DNA of 60,397 nt, the filler included, from Sphacelaria rigidula (Eukaryota): the NCBI GenBank assembly GCA_964200075.2. It is 9 parts of 9 records of this genome, joined end to end, with 100 filler letters (N's around TTAATTAATTAA, not from the genome) between each part and the next. Parts side by side here need not be neighbours in the genome. Positions count along the whole stretch, not along the records: positions 33,613 to 40,234 come from CAXNAA020018998.1; positions 40,335 to 46,955 come from CAXNAA020018999.1; positions 47,056 to 53,676 come from CAXNAA020019000.1; 6 more parts are not named here. One strand, 5' to 3'. Of the stretch, positions 37,200 to 49,339 are shown one piece after another. Each line of letters starts with the position of its first letter. Position 1 is the first letter of the stretch. Made by a program: the position numbers and the translations under genes. The notes beneath the pieces were generated by a model, which made no database searches, was not told where the DNA came from, and saw only the letters and a program-made list of their open reading frames with translations.

Positions 37200-38043
37200 G
37201 CACTCGTCCGCCCAGACTCCCCCTCAGAAGGCGTTGGGCACTTCCGTGAGATGTGACCTACCTGGCCACACTGATAGCAAGTAATATTGGCGGCGGCACT
37301 GCCTGCGGATTTTGATCCGCGGTTACGCGAGCTCGAAGACTACGGCGACGTAGTGGATGATTTTCCGAATACTTCGATCCGCCGCCATGCCTGAGCTTCA
37401 GCCACCATGGTATCCATGACTAAATACGGGTTCGTGACTTCCATTTTGTTTCGTGCTGTAACTGTACAAGCACGGCCTGCTTAAATTACGCCGGTGCCAG
37501 ACCCTCCACCATCGCTTTCGTGACAACCGCAGCGGGCCCTGGGCGAAATTGCCCATCGGAGGAACGATAAACCATCTCGACGTTAGGATTTTCTGAAAAA
37601 TACGTCTCCAACTTACCCATGATAGGCTCCACCTCTCACGCATGGTCTCCCCCTTGTGGTCCATTGCGACAGCCCACGCCACGGCCGCGGACACCTGAGT
37701 AAGCTCTACCTCCGCGCCTGCCGCATGCCCTGCGTGCTTCTTCATCGCTGCGGCCAACTGCAGCGGCGCTATGGTATGCTTTTCATGGAACCTTCTCGCG
37801 AAGAAGCGTTGGAGAGGGGTAGGCACTAGTTGCACCATAGAAACCACCTCATGCCTTCCCGCATCCCCCGCATTCGCATGCTCCACCCTCCTCTTGTATT
37901 CCACGTATTTCGGGTAAAACGAACGAGAAGTATTCTCAGAATACAAATTCCCGTAACTGGGCGGCCGCAACTCTTCCCTCAGAACGACTGGGGTTACAGG
38001 CGCCTCCACTGGCTCTATTGCCGGTACCTCGGTAGTCGACATT
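37200..38043 (-). pseudogene. Gypsy gag (frameshifted) with a CCHC zinc knuckle
   Basis: ORF 37398..38081 (MSTTEVPAIEP...) plus ITCYQCGQVGHISRKCP in a downstream frame. Confidence 0.85.
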
Positions 38044-38356
38044 CTCGAGCGGAAAATCGAAGATTTCTGAAACCTTCTCAAACTTCAATTCACACCTGCC
38101 TTCTTCGCCGCTCCACACAACCCTGGGATCCTATAAACACCCGCTGTACGCAGCTCCAGCAAGTCTCCAGTCTGGATCAATCACGGGCCAGCCGCCTTTG
38201 CAGCTGCCTCAGCTTGAAACCTCCTCACGCGTCCGTGTAGCTAATGCCCGAAGCTCTCACAAGCTGTCTAGACTCCTGCCTGCTGAAAAAATTCCAGCAG
38301 TCTCCTGACGATAGCACTCCCAGCACTCCTAGCACTCCTAGCACTAATATAGATAT

Positions 38357-38615
38357 TGTGACGCCAGCAGGTCGCTAGTATTGCAGCGTCTAAATGCTAT
38401 TGAGGGACTCCCCAATTCCGCTGTCCTCAAGGTCTCAGTTGTCAGCCTTCACAACACCTTATCATTCCCGGAGTGCCTCCCAGGCACATACGCTCCATAA
38501 ATCACATCAGGGTAACACCCCTGTGTCCATGTCATCATCCATGTCATCACTACAGATCCCAAGTCATCATCCAATCATCATCATCTACTCAACGTGAAGG
38601 CGTGATTTCGTCACA
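38357..38615 (-). repeat. Putative 5' LTR, 259 bp
   Basis: Bounded by the inverted heptamer TGTGACG...CGTCACA (TG..CA), ~315 bp upstream of the gag ATG; no second LTR available to confirm. Confidence 0.7.
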
Positions 38616-39687
38616 GTCTTTCGTGCGTATCATTAGTGGAAATTAGACGACGCCAACACCCGACATCATAAATAATTTGAAGAAAAAGCTCCTGTGTTGG
38701 CCTTCCTCCTGTGTGAACCCGGCGCGTCCACATGTACCGAAAGGTCTACAGTAGACTGGCATCCAGAATAAATGGGATGGCAACACACACAATAACAACA
38801 CGCAACACCCGACATCACCGAAACATCACGGTTTCGGGTATCATTCGACCCCCGTAATAAGCGCTTTAAAATATGTTTTTCGCGTTCGATTCCCGAGCCG
38901 ATGACGGTTACAATGATTTGAAGCATGTATGTGGAGATTGGGTGAAAATTGGGCTTGGGAGTCGTAATTTCGATCTCGGAACAATTTGATGGGCACTGAT
39001 TGGTCGATATACCTTTTAACAGCCTGGATTCGTTATTGAGGTTCAGCATTTTAATGAGTTTCAACTCGAAAACAGTGTTTTCCCTGACCTGAAGTCATGA
39101 CCAATGAATTTCACAAGGACGACCTCATGCCCCCCGACCTTCTGAAAACTATTTCGGGGGTTTCCCGTCTTCCGTGCCCTCAAAGTGTATACGCGAAAGC
39201 ACCAATGTCGGGCTAAAAACGTCCCCTTTTCCGCCCCGATATCGAGGCGAAAAGGTGCTTTCGAACATACGCTTTGGGAGCACGGAAGACGGACAACCCC
39301 CGAAATACTTTTAAGAAGGTCGGGGGGCATGAGGTCGTCCATGTGAAATTCACTGGTCATGACTTTAGGTCAGGGAAAGCACTGTTTTCGAGTTGAAACT
39401 CAGTAAAATGTTGAACCTCAATAACGAATCCAGACTGTTGTTGAGCGTCGACGGTAAGTAATAGTAAGTATAAGTAAGTACAATCTTCGCGCGTTGTGAA
39501 AATCCGCTTCGTGCGGTATGGTGGGCGTGCGATGTGGGCATTATGTCGTAAAGTTGCCGTTGTAGTATGTGGTGTTAACTCTTAGACCGGAAGAGTAGTC
39601 CGTCCAGCTGGACCATGCAAAGCTTTTTTCTACTGAATTTGATGCCGATTCAACAGGTTACGTACTACTCTCGCCGCCAAAGAACAT

Positions 39688-40126
39688 AACACGGGGTCTT
39701 ACAATTTGGGGATGGATCATTTATTGGGGATGAGAAACCCGGAGAATTAAAANNNNNNNNNNAATCTTCGTATCCACACCAAATCTTCGAAATATGGTTC
39801 CATTTCTTCACCTACTGATAGCTATTGACAACTGCTACACGCCATGAAAATTTGGATTTCGATCACCGAGATGTTGGGGTCCTAGGTGGAAAACCATTTT
39901 GGGGGAATTCCGGGTGTCCGAACGGACGCCAAAAATGGTTCCGAAATTGTTTTTTCACCTAGGACCCCAACATCTCGGTGATCGAAATCCAAATTCCTAC
40001 AGCGTGTAGCAGTAATCAATAGCGATCAGTAGGTGGAGAAATGGAACCATATTTCGAAGATTTGGTGTAGATACGAAGATTTTAATTCTCCGGGTTTCTC
40101 ATCCCCGATTTGTAAGATCCCGTGTC
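39688..40126. mobile_element. ~440-bp foldback MITE with probable 4-bp TSD (ACAT); contains a 10-N gap
   Basis: ACACGGGGTCTTACAA / TTGTAAGATCCCGTGT ends, long near-perfect arms, ACAT at 39684-39687 and 40127-40130. Confidence 0.85.
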
Positions 40127-40387
40127 ACATACAATTCTGTAAAATGAGGTTGTACCCTGGCCGGTCGCCCCGGTGGCTCAGTTGGTAATCTCGTAACCTT
40201 CTGATGGTTGAGTTGGGGGGTTCGATTCCCGGAGNNNNNNNNNNNNNNNNNNNNNNNNNNNNNNNNNNNNNNNNNNNNTTAATTAATTAANNNNNNNNNN
40301 NNNNNNNNNNNNNNNNNNNNNNNNNNNNNNNNNNGAGCGGGCGAGAGGGCACAATAACAAAACAAAGAAGAAGAGATGGTGGGGTGT

Positions 40388-40420
<33 letters not shown>

Positions 40421-41450
40421 GGTGCTCGTTACTGACGCGACGCGAGGTAAGTGTGAAATCACATTCCTTAGATCTTGTGTGCATGCGGAGGTGTGAGAAG
40501 TGCCGTGGGCTGGCTTGCTTTTTGTGTCGAGAACCGCGGGATCTCCGGTGCTACAGTCCCATAGTAAACCAAGTTTATAAGGGATGAAGCGTGCGTTCTG
40601 CTCGAGATGGCCTCAGCACAGGTGGGACCACCTACTGACGTGCTCATTGTTCCTCCGCGTTTCTGTTCTTTTATTTTTTGCCGCTGATTTTTGGTCGTTA
40701 GGCCCTCCAGTCCCACCCATACCGGTGGGCACGAAGCGGGGGAAAGGGGGGCATTTCGGAAGCAACGACACAAGTGGCCTCCATGTGGAGTAAACGCCGC
40801 CGATGTACAGCTTCCGAATTCCGCACAATCAACCACATTGAAGAACGCAGGTATCGTCTGGTATCCTTGAACCAAAATATTGCGCAATCAGACAAAAAGA
40901 TGATGAGTTGCTCGGTCACATCACGTAATGTTGCCGCACGAGGAAACAAGAGCGCACATCCAACCATCCCACCCGAAAAACAGCAGGGTCGCGAGAGACA
41001 AGTGCCGCCACTCCATCACCTGACGACAGCAGTCTTCAGATACGCCACATTTATCGTGGCTGTTTCTCCTGTGCTCAGGTCCCTGCAGGGAAAATGTAGG
41101 AAATCAAACACAGTGAGGGGAAGGGGCGAGGAGCGGTATTGAAACCGCTGGATTTATTGTGGAGTGCTAAATTCGCCGTACTGAGTTTGATATCGGTTTT
41201 ATTCACGTCTGGAACGCGTCTAGTGTCTCGCGAGCCGATCTACTGTAGTTTTGACAATCGTTTGGTGCGTTACGAAAATAAAATGCTGTCATCTTACCAA
41301 CGACACTCATCTGTATCGGGCACGGGTTCCTTGATTATTTTTCCCGTATGTGCTTCGAAGCTTCTACACTTTTCTGTACCCCACTTTCCCGTCGCCTCCA
41401 CTTAGGAATACATTACAACTTGTCTCATTCACCCTCGACGGAACACTTAC

Positions 41451-41603
41451 CTCTCAGTCTTCAAGTCCGTTTCCAACGACCTTACTGTGGTCTTCAGCAC
41501 TGCTTCTTGTGCGGACAGCTGCTCCACCCGGAGCAGCGCCTCTGCTAGCTCTGTGCGAAGCTCGGACAGCTCCGCTTGCACCCCAGCCTCCACGGTACTG
41601 CTC
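41451..41603 (-). CDS. Internal exon of a coiled-coil protein (SSTVEAGVQAELSELRTELAEALLRVEQLSAQEAVLKTTVRSLETDLKTE)
   Basis: CACAG| and AG|GTAAGT sites, 153 nt phase 2-2, heptad-like L/E pattern. Confidence 0.8.
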
Positions 41604-42902
41604 CTGTGAATTTGCGTTCATATCTTTCGTTTCGTTTCCATCTCGGGTGCGTTGGTCGTGCAACCACGACTGTGCGACGATCATGAATCAATCAATTACA
41701 TCAGATCCATCCGTCTTATGCCGTGGGCCTGAGAGGCAGTACTGCATGAGTACCTAGCTTTAATTCGTCTCACAAGTCACACTTCCTGGTCGATTTGCGA
41801 GCTGTGGGTCCGTAGCTTCTGGCCTTAAGGGATCAGCACCTCCTTTTAACCAACCCTATGGTTCACGGGCTAGGTATTGCTTTAATTCCACCTCTTTAAT
41901 TCTTCAAAGCTGCTTCTGGTTTGATACCATTTCGATTGATAACTACTGTACCGAGGCAGAACCGCCGGCCTCGTCGCGAGTGGGAAATTCAGGACCAACC
42001 ATTAACCGTTCACAGGATACGAGCGTTTGACCCCTGGAACGCCCTGGGACTTTGTGTGGAGATGTCGCCGGCACACAGTCCCGTGAGTTTCTTGAGGAAG
42101 GAAGGTTGGGGGCATTTCAGGCGTCCGACGAGTCATTCGTCGTTAAAACGAGTGAACTCTTTGATGTTTCTTGAAAACACAACAAGCATGACTCGAATGC
42201 TCGCCCCATTAATTTTTCCACGGCGAGCAATGACTCGAGTGCTCGACGACCTCCAAAAACGGCCAACGAGAAGCCCAACGAGTGCGAGTGCCACGACTCA
42301 TACTCGTGCTTGTCCGATGCGTGAGGAAGTAATCAGCAATGCCACGCTCATCCGGCACAGCCAGGTACCTGACGCGTAGCAGTGTGCCTCTCGTCACATG
42401 GGCGGAGCCACACTACGGCGAATGCATGGAGCCTGGGGTGGTGCGGAGCATTGTTCAAGCAAAAAAGTCGCAGCCTGAGGCTTTTCTGCCTATACAGTAT
42501 TCAACGCCACCGCAGGCTCCCTGCATTCACTAGTGCGGCTCCGCCTACTGTTGCCATTGGTGATGACATCTTACACATATATTCGCACTTCACAACGGAT
42601 GCGCATTTCACTGCCTAGCACCTGCTCGCACGTACTGCCTGCACGGTTCAGTTATCATTTGTTCGAAACAACGCACGCCCCAGCATGTCTGGTGTTCTCG
42701 GAACGATTTGGAGACATGTGCTATGTCGATGTCGTTCCTTTTCGTATGCCTTTTACACGCACAAGATGCCTTGCACATGCGCCAGGTTTTCTGGCGCGCG
42801 ATTATGAAGGCAACATAGTCTGAAAACACCATCCAGCCTGTACATGATTTGCGACGTGGAATACCACCCTGGTCTGCTTCGAAGCTTGACGCGTGTACAT
42901 GT

Positions 42903-42970
42903 GATTGATTTGATTTGATTGATTGTTGCACTTTAACTGACCTCCCAGGGGTTCAGCTGTGGTGGCATTA
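42903..42970 (-). mobile_element. 5'-truncated LINE-type 3' end with (ATCA)n tail; second copy at 43914-43983 (+)
   Basis: ACCACRGCTGRACCCCTGGGRGGTCAGTTAAAGTGCRACAATCAATCA in both orientations. Confidence 0.65.
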
Positions 42971-44482
42971 CAGACGTACCCAAGAAAAGGAAAACTGACA
43001 AACTACATCTGCAGGCACGCACATGAACTTGAAGTTTTTAAGTTCAATATCGTCGAGAAGCTCATTTGAACTATTTGCTCGTCGGAACGCTGACTTTTCG
43101 ACCCAAGCCGTCCGCCACGAGCAATGACTCGTGTGCTCGTGTCATTTACTTTTTCACCACGAGCAACGACTCGAGTACTCCCGCCATGAATTCCTTGCCC
43201 AGAACGAGTAATGACTCGAGTGCTTGCCCTGGCCCCCGCTTGTGTACGGATGGCTGAAGCGCGGCACAATCTGGAGAACGACCTTTTCAGTGCAGTGTCC
43301 ACGTCATTCCACTGAACACGGATGTTACGGAACCTTACAAAAAAACTGTCTGTGCCTGTCCCATCATTGTCCGGCTCGAGCGTTCGGACGTTTCAATAGG
43401 TTGAGGTTTACAACAGTCATGACGGTGAATGAGGGCCAATTTCGGGTACTGTACAAGCTGTAACGGCTGACGGTGATTTTCGAATGAATCCCTGCGATGC
43501 GATCGGTAATTCGAAGAGTTGGGCGCTGAAAAAATGGCATGAGACTTTCATCATCAACCCGCCCAACACTATTGGGGGTACAGAGAGAGTTCAAGTTTCA
43601 GCAAAAGAAAATATTTACTATATACTATAACTCGGTGGAATATCCAATCCAATGTACTTTTTTTTTCATTCAATGTATTATTAGCCTGAATGATCCGCCG
43701 CTTGATACTGGAATCAAGCAAGTTTTTCCTCCTTGCTTTAGGTCGGCCATTTCTTCAAGCGCTTTGCTTGTGTTGAATTTTAATTACTTTTTTCTTGTCA
43801 CGTCTTAGTCTGCTATGTCGTTCTATTCGACCCCTCTTTTTTTCTGTCCCTTTTCTCTTCTCTTTTTTCTTTTCTCGTTGGAGCATGTTTGAATTCCATT
43901 TTTTTTAGTACGATAATCATGAGACCACGGCTGGACCCCTGGGGGGTCAGTTAAAGTGCGACAATCAATCAACCAATCAATCAGTAAGCGTATGATCCTT
44001 CTCGGAATAACAGTTTACATTTCCCACCATAAGCACGCCGAAATATGGCCAGTAAGTAACGGAAAAAAACGACGTGCCTGCATCGGCAAAACTCATTCGG
44101 TGTAAACAATACGTTCTTGTGTCCAGGTGTCTACGTAAATCCAGCCGTTCAGGAAAACGGTTAAACACGACAGCAAAACGCTTAAAACGGTTGACCCTTT
44201 GACCGCGAGGGTAGGTCGCCTACTGAATCGGCGTCAATTTCACTTGAAAAAAGTGTGTGATCCAGATGGACTACACGCATCGCGGTGTAAGGGTTAGCGG
44301 TGTCGTGGTCGGTGTAAGGGTTAACGTTTTGACCGCGAGGGTAGGTCACCAGCTGAATCAGCATCAATTTCACTTGAAACGAGTGTGCGTGGTCAAGATG
44401 GACTACCCGCATCACGGTCTAAAGGGTAATTACATAGAGGCTGTCAATCCAGCTCGTGGTGATTCGTCTCTTCGTGTTTGCT

Positions 44483-44732
44483 GAGTGATGCTACGGTAGG
44501 GGTGCACAAATATCTTCTGTTAGAGGCCCTTCATCTCATCCAAAACACGACTTTTGAAATATGTGAGAGTACGCCAGGATTACTCTTCCAATGTGCTATA
44601 CTAAGGATATCGCGAAAAAAAAAAGAAAACGGGGATGCCCCGGCGCATATTCTTGTGCATCTAGAATTGTGAGGAGCCCCTGCACAAGACAAGATTTTGC
44701 GCAAGAAGTGCACTTTTACCGTGGCATTGCTC
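44483..44732. mobile_element. GAG...CTC MITE with an intact 4-bp TSD (TGCT)
   Basis: TGCT at 44479-44482 and 44733-44736 flanking the 25-bp TIRs. Confidence 0.9.
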
Positions 44733-45029
44733 TGCTCCCCCGTACTGCCTCGCTCCATCCTCCCTTGCAACACGCTCCCGGACGACGCAATTTCCTTTCC
44801 GGCATAGATGATGTTGACTAAACACTAAGGTTTTATTTTGATTTGATAGTACGTATACTTCCATGCGTTTTGTCACGTTAGCCGCAGGCGATCGTCGCTT
44901 CCCGAGTGATTTATTCCATGCCGACTCTGTTGTCTGTGGGTGGATTCAAAATGTAGTTCGTTGGACGAGCGGGTCTACGCGCCAGTGTCCTGTGAAAATG
45001 GTCCTACTCTGACAGCAGGTTCTGCCAAT

Positions 45030-45853
45030 CCTTAGACCGCGGTGCGGGTAGTCCATTTGGATCACGCACACTTTGTTCATGTGAAATTGACGTCGATTCA
45101 GCAGGTCGCCTACCCTCATCGCGGTCAAATGGTCAACCCATAGATTAAGGGTAAATCCTTAGGCCGCGGTGCGGGTCGTCTATCTTGATCACGTGTAAGC
45201 ATTTCAAGTGAAAATTAATGCCGATTCAGCAGATGACCTACCCTCCTCGCGTTCCAAGGTTGACTCTTAGACAGCGAGTAGCTCATTTGTTGAATCGGCA
45301 TCAATTTCACTCGAAAAAAGTATGCATGATCCAGATAGACTATCCTCGCGGTCTAGGGGCCAAGGGCTAACCCTTGGACCGCGGTGCGGGTAGTCCATCT
45401 GGATCATGCATACTTTTTTCAAGTAAAAATTGATGCCGATTCAGATCACGTATACTTCTTCCAGCGAAAATATGAAGTTGATGCCAATTCAGCAGGTGAC
45501 CTACCCTCGCTGTGTAAGGGTTAATTAACCCTTGGACCGCGATGCGAGTATATCTGGATCACATATACTTTGTTCATGTAAATTGACGCCGATTCAGCAG
45601 GTGGCCTACCCATATCGCGGTCATATCGTCAACCCCCAGACAAAGGGTTAATCCTTGGGCCGCGGTGCGTTCGTCTATCAGGATCAAAGCTTTTCAAGTA
45701 AAAATTGATGCCGATTCAGCAGGTGACCTACCCTCGCGGTCAACAGGTCAACCCTTTCACCGCGCGGGTAAATCGCCCGTGGAATCGGCATCACCTTCAC
45801 TTGAAAAAAGTATGCGTGATCCAGATGAACTACCCGCATCACGGTCTAGGGGT
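45030..45853. mobile_element. Array of about seven piggyBac-like MITEs joined at TTAA-like sites
   Basis: Repeated CCCTT(A/G)GACCGCG...AGGG units of ~105 bp in both orientations, separated by TTAA/TCAA/CTAA/TTGA. Confidence 0.85.
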
Positions 45854-45867
45854 TTTTCATGGATACA

Positions 45868-46197
45868 GCCTCGCCCCGGTGGCTCAGTCGGTAACCTTCA
45901 AGCCTTCTGACGCTTGGGTCGTGGGTTCGGATCTCAAACCAGTCTGGAAGTTTTTCTCACACAATGCCAAACAGTGGAGAGCGACCATGTCGTGGGTAGA
46001 AAAATTCGACTTCATGGTCGACGAGGGAAAGGGACTGCTACACCTCTCTCGCGTTATATAAAAGGCAAGCACCGCAAAAGAAACGTGGAAAACTAAGACA
46101 AGCAAAAAAGACAAACCTCCTGTGTGCCCCCGGCTGGTGCGCCCACATATATCGAAAGGTGTAGACCGGCGTCCAGGATAGATGGGACGACAACACA
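45868..46197 (+). mobile_element. tRNA-derived SINE, family A, full length. Fragments at 13447-13715, 20169-20245, ~38680-38790, 40159-40234, ~50945-51085 and ~56255-56340
   Basis: A box TGGCTCAGTCGG, B box GGTTCGGATC, conserved body, GATGGGACGACAACAC tail. Confidence 0.88.
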
Positions 46198-46299
46198 GTG
46201 TTTGACAACCCATAAGAATTACAGAAGCAGATAGACAGGGCGCAATAGTACACGCACACATGCAACCACGGCTTATACACTGCCTCATGGGTGTCTCAC

Positions 46300-46414
46300 C
46301 ATTCGAACACCACGTAGTGGGTCTTCGAAAGTGTTTTCTCCTCTTTTTCAACATCGCCTTTTGAAAGGAGATTGCCCCCAAAACGACCAGATTTGTACAG
46401 ATCGAACCCCAGAT
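46300..46414 (-). CDS. Internal exon (D)LGFDLYKSGRFGGNLLSKGDVEKEEKTLSKTHYVVFE(W), probably the same gene as 41451-41603
   Basis: GCAG| and TG|GTGAG sites; ends in phase 2, and TG+G forms Trp on joining the coiled-coil exon. A second frame is also open. Confidence 0.6.
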
Positions 46415-46619
46415 CTGCACGTGGGTTCAGAAATTGATCAAGGAACACGGACAAAAACGAAAGGTGTGATCGGCTTTGCGACATTAGTATATTAACTTCT
46501 TCTCCTTGCCCCCACTGTCACGATGACCTCTGATGCCGGCCACGCTCACACACATATATGCACTCTCGAGCGCACGGCAGCGACAGCCTGTAGCCAGAGT
46601 AGCAACAAATATCTCATGC

Positions 46620-46764
46620 CGTGGAACACTCGTTCCGGCTGCTGGCGGGTACTGGAGGTACTCGACACGGAACCCGTGCCCTGTTTGAAGACACCCTTCA
46701 CCCCTTGACATTCAAAATGAACAGTGTCATCGACAAGGCAGAATCGGTTGTACTTCCATCTTGA
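46620..46764 (-). CDS. Possible upstream exon of the same gene (SRWKYNRFCLVDDTVHFECQGVKGVFKQGTGSVSSTSSTRQQPERVFH); 3' boundary uncertain
   Basis: Pyrimidine tract plus AACAG acceptor and an open frame; the phase-compatible donor at this position would be GC. Confidence 0.35.
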
Positions 46765-47197
46765 CTGTTGTCAAGTGAGGGAGAGCCCTCCAAAGCGAAA
46801 CTGCCGGTAGCGGGTGCAGCACCTGCACCACGACTGACCGCGCAACTCATGGTGTAGAGTTGCGTGTAACCCTAAGCGTACTGTTTCACTGCCAACAGTG
46901 TTTTCGTGAGATTGAGAGTAGATGATAGGATTGAGAGTGAAAAGCGGTCAATCAGNNNNNNNNNNNNNNNNNNNNNNNNNNNNNNNNNNNNNNNNNNNNT
47001 TAATTAATTAANNNNNNNNNNNNNNNNNNNNNNNNNNNNNNNNNNNNNNNNNNNNCAAAAAGGATGCGGCGTCAATGGGCCCACCCCCCAACCCAGCAAC
47101 AAAATAATACCCCCCCCCCCCCCCCCCCCTCCCTGGTATGGAAAGGAAAAAAAAAAAGTAAACGTTGCTTCCCACACACCCAACCTGCACAAGGTTT

Positions 47198-47317
47198 GAC
47201 CCTTTGGGAACCCATTGAAGATTTTCGTTATTGTGAATCGGCATAATATTAAGTCATTTTCAAGTCAAAATGATGCCGATTCACAAAAACAAAAATCGTC
47301 AATGGGTTCCCGGGGGG
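47198..47317. mobile_element. Second piggyBac-like MITE family (TIR CCCTTTGGGAACCCATTGA); right-end fragment also at ~1236-1275
   Basis: Inverted arms GGGAACCCATTGAAGATTTTCGTTATTGTGAATCGGCAT / ATGCCGATTCACAAAAACAAAAATCGTCAATGGGTTCCC. Confidence 0.7.
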
Positions 47318-47789
47318 TTATATGAACCGACAGTGCAACCTTTTAATGTTGTGTTCGATAATATGGGGTATCCCCGGGAGGGGGGAATTTTGGGCTGGCA
47401 TACTCGATGAACCATGGCCGAAATGTGTACCAAACATTCCGGTATGGTCCGGCAGGGTATCGAGCCTTACTCTGAACAGTCCGGTATGGTTCGGACGGGA
47501 ATTTACCGATAAAATACTACACCCTGGATGATGACAAAATGTTACATGGTCAAAAGGGTACTGCATACAGTATAAACTATGGCGTCTATTGCAATAGACA
47601 GTAGTTTCTATACTTGACGCAGTACATTTTTTTGACAAGGCTATCTATTGACCAAGGTGTGAAAAATATCTCTTGTATTACTGTTGTTGTCTTCACATTA
47701 AAACTGTTCCGACATCTGCGCGGTACATCCGTACTGAGCATTACGGACGCCTTCTGTGGTCACAGGCTTGCTACCTAAGATAAGGTATG

Positions 47790-48380
47790 AGGAAATCAAA
47801 CAAAAAAACGAAAATAGACCTAGAAAAAAAAAACAGACGCGATACAAGCAAAAAAGGAATAAATAATAAAGAAGGAAGATAACAAATATGGCTGACCTCA
47901 ACAGATTCGGCGCCGCAGGTGGCCATTCGGACTTCGGGGGGCGGCGCCCGACTTTCCAACTCGACGCGCGAGGCCAAGTAGAAATGGACTTAGGTTCAGA
48001 CTACTGGCCGAACTCAAGGCCCGAAGAACACCAACCAAAGAAGTAATAATCGCAAGGTTCTATCCTTCGACCTCTCGAGGGACAGCCATACGTACAAGCA
48101 TACCAGGCATATCAAGACAAGTACCGCATGACATAACGACATCCCTCGTTGTGAGAGTTCACCCTCCCTTCCCTAGATTGTAGTCATTGCTGTGTTGGCT
48201 TCGTTGGTGTCCCGTCCGATCGCACGCAGTCGGCTGCCCCCCCTTCGTTTTTATGCCATGAGGTCATCATGCACCTCTCCGCTCCCCGCAGCACTCCTGC
48301 GTACCACGGCACCCCCCTCTCCTTGTTCGCTGCTGAGGGTCAGAGGACACGGTCATTTCCGAATGTCTGACGGTCGTCGT
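47790..48380 (-). mobile_element. 5'-truncated RTE-like LINE (ORF C-terminus, 3' UTR and T-rich tail)
   Basis: Minus-strand remnant DDRQTFG...WYAGVLRGAERCMMTSWH resembles the DL..FGI...W...V..GAE.FM..W end of algal RTE-like elements (from memory). Confidence 0.55.
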
Positions 48381-49339
48381 CCGTGGAGCCGTCTGTGGCT
48401 CCGAAAGCTTGGAGATCGTTCCTCAGCCACTTGTATACTTGTGAAAATACCCGAATGTCCGTCGGTATACCCTACAGAAACCAAGCTTGGAACCTTTTCT
48501 CCTACTACCCTAGCATATCTCCAAGAAGTAAGGTGGTCGTTTTTGACGTTCAGCCCGCTTCACACGCGCAGGTGATGGACGTTTTGCTTGGCTAGCATCC
48601 TTGCGTATGTCGGGTGCGACCAGTGTGATATAAAGCTCCAGGATGGAAAGATGGTGGGTGTATATCTCTTGTGATGAAAACATGTTTGATTGATTTTCGT
48701 GGTTCCACGACGGAGGCTCTTCAAAGCGCGGACATCCTCGACATCCGTTCTATATGTGTGACTGCACTTTGGCTGCTTTTCTTCTCATTTTCCTTGTCTT
48801 TCACTGAGAAGGGGGTAGGTACGGTAAGATCGTGTATGCCCCCGGTTTATCCAAAAATGTAGTCCAGCATGATTACCGTTTTTCACCGATCGTGCGCTGT
48901 TTTTGTATGCGTTTTGGAGTAGTAGATGGATCAACACACGCGCGCGCGCGCGCACACACACACACACACACGCGCGCGCTGGCGGCACACATCGGAGGAT
49001 GACAAAACATATTGTACTCAGGTATGGCAAGCACCGGTCTATCCAAAAAAATCTTGCAGAACAATACCCGCTTTTCGCTGATCTTCGTAATGTCTGATTT
49101 CCACCGTGGAAAGCGTGAGAACGCGAGTAAACAAAGTAGTCGACTGAGTTTGTTCGACGTAAGTCTACACAGTGCGGGAATGCCGATCCAACCCACGAGA
49201 CCAAAATGCAAGGCGTGTACCGGGGGAGAGATGATATAATCCATTGAGACCACGGACTCGTCACGAGGAAGGGGAGGGGTTCAAGATGCGACACATGAAA
49301 TTATCAAATAAATAAACAATGGTAAATAACTGATCGTGC

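Larger units (their letters stand above)
33613..38615 (-). mobile_element. Ty3/Gypsy LTR retrotransposon, frameshifted, with its 3' end cut by the contig boundary
   Basis: Order LTR-gag-PR-RT-RNaseH-IN: CCHC knuckle CYQCGQVGHISRKC (37238-37279), protease LDSGA, RT LDLLQGYWQ/WVGD, RNase H DASECHWG, integrase HMRDAGHRG, VVHFDF, VWVSDTATHF. Confidence 0.97.

Noticed and set aside
40159..40234. tRNA genes (also 29143-29210, 45868-45940, 22998-23070)
   Set aside because: They have A/B boxes but no intact acceptor stem, and they continue into multi-copy SINE bodies.
40701..40850. Plus-strand 150-nt exon candidate (TAG|...CAG|GTATCG)
   Set aside because: Two open frames with no recognisable motif, and it is antisense to the better-supported minus-strand gene on this contig. 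Similar weak candidates at ~20673, ~21875-21937, ~31446-31511 and ~53946-54011 were also left uncalled.
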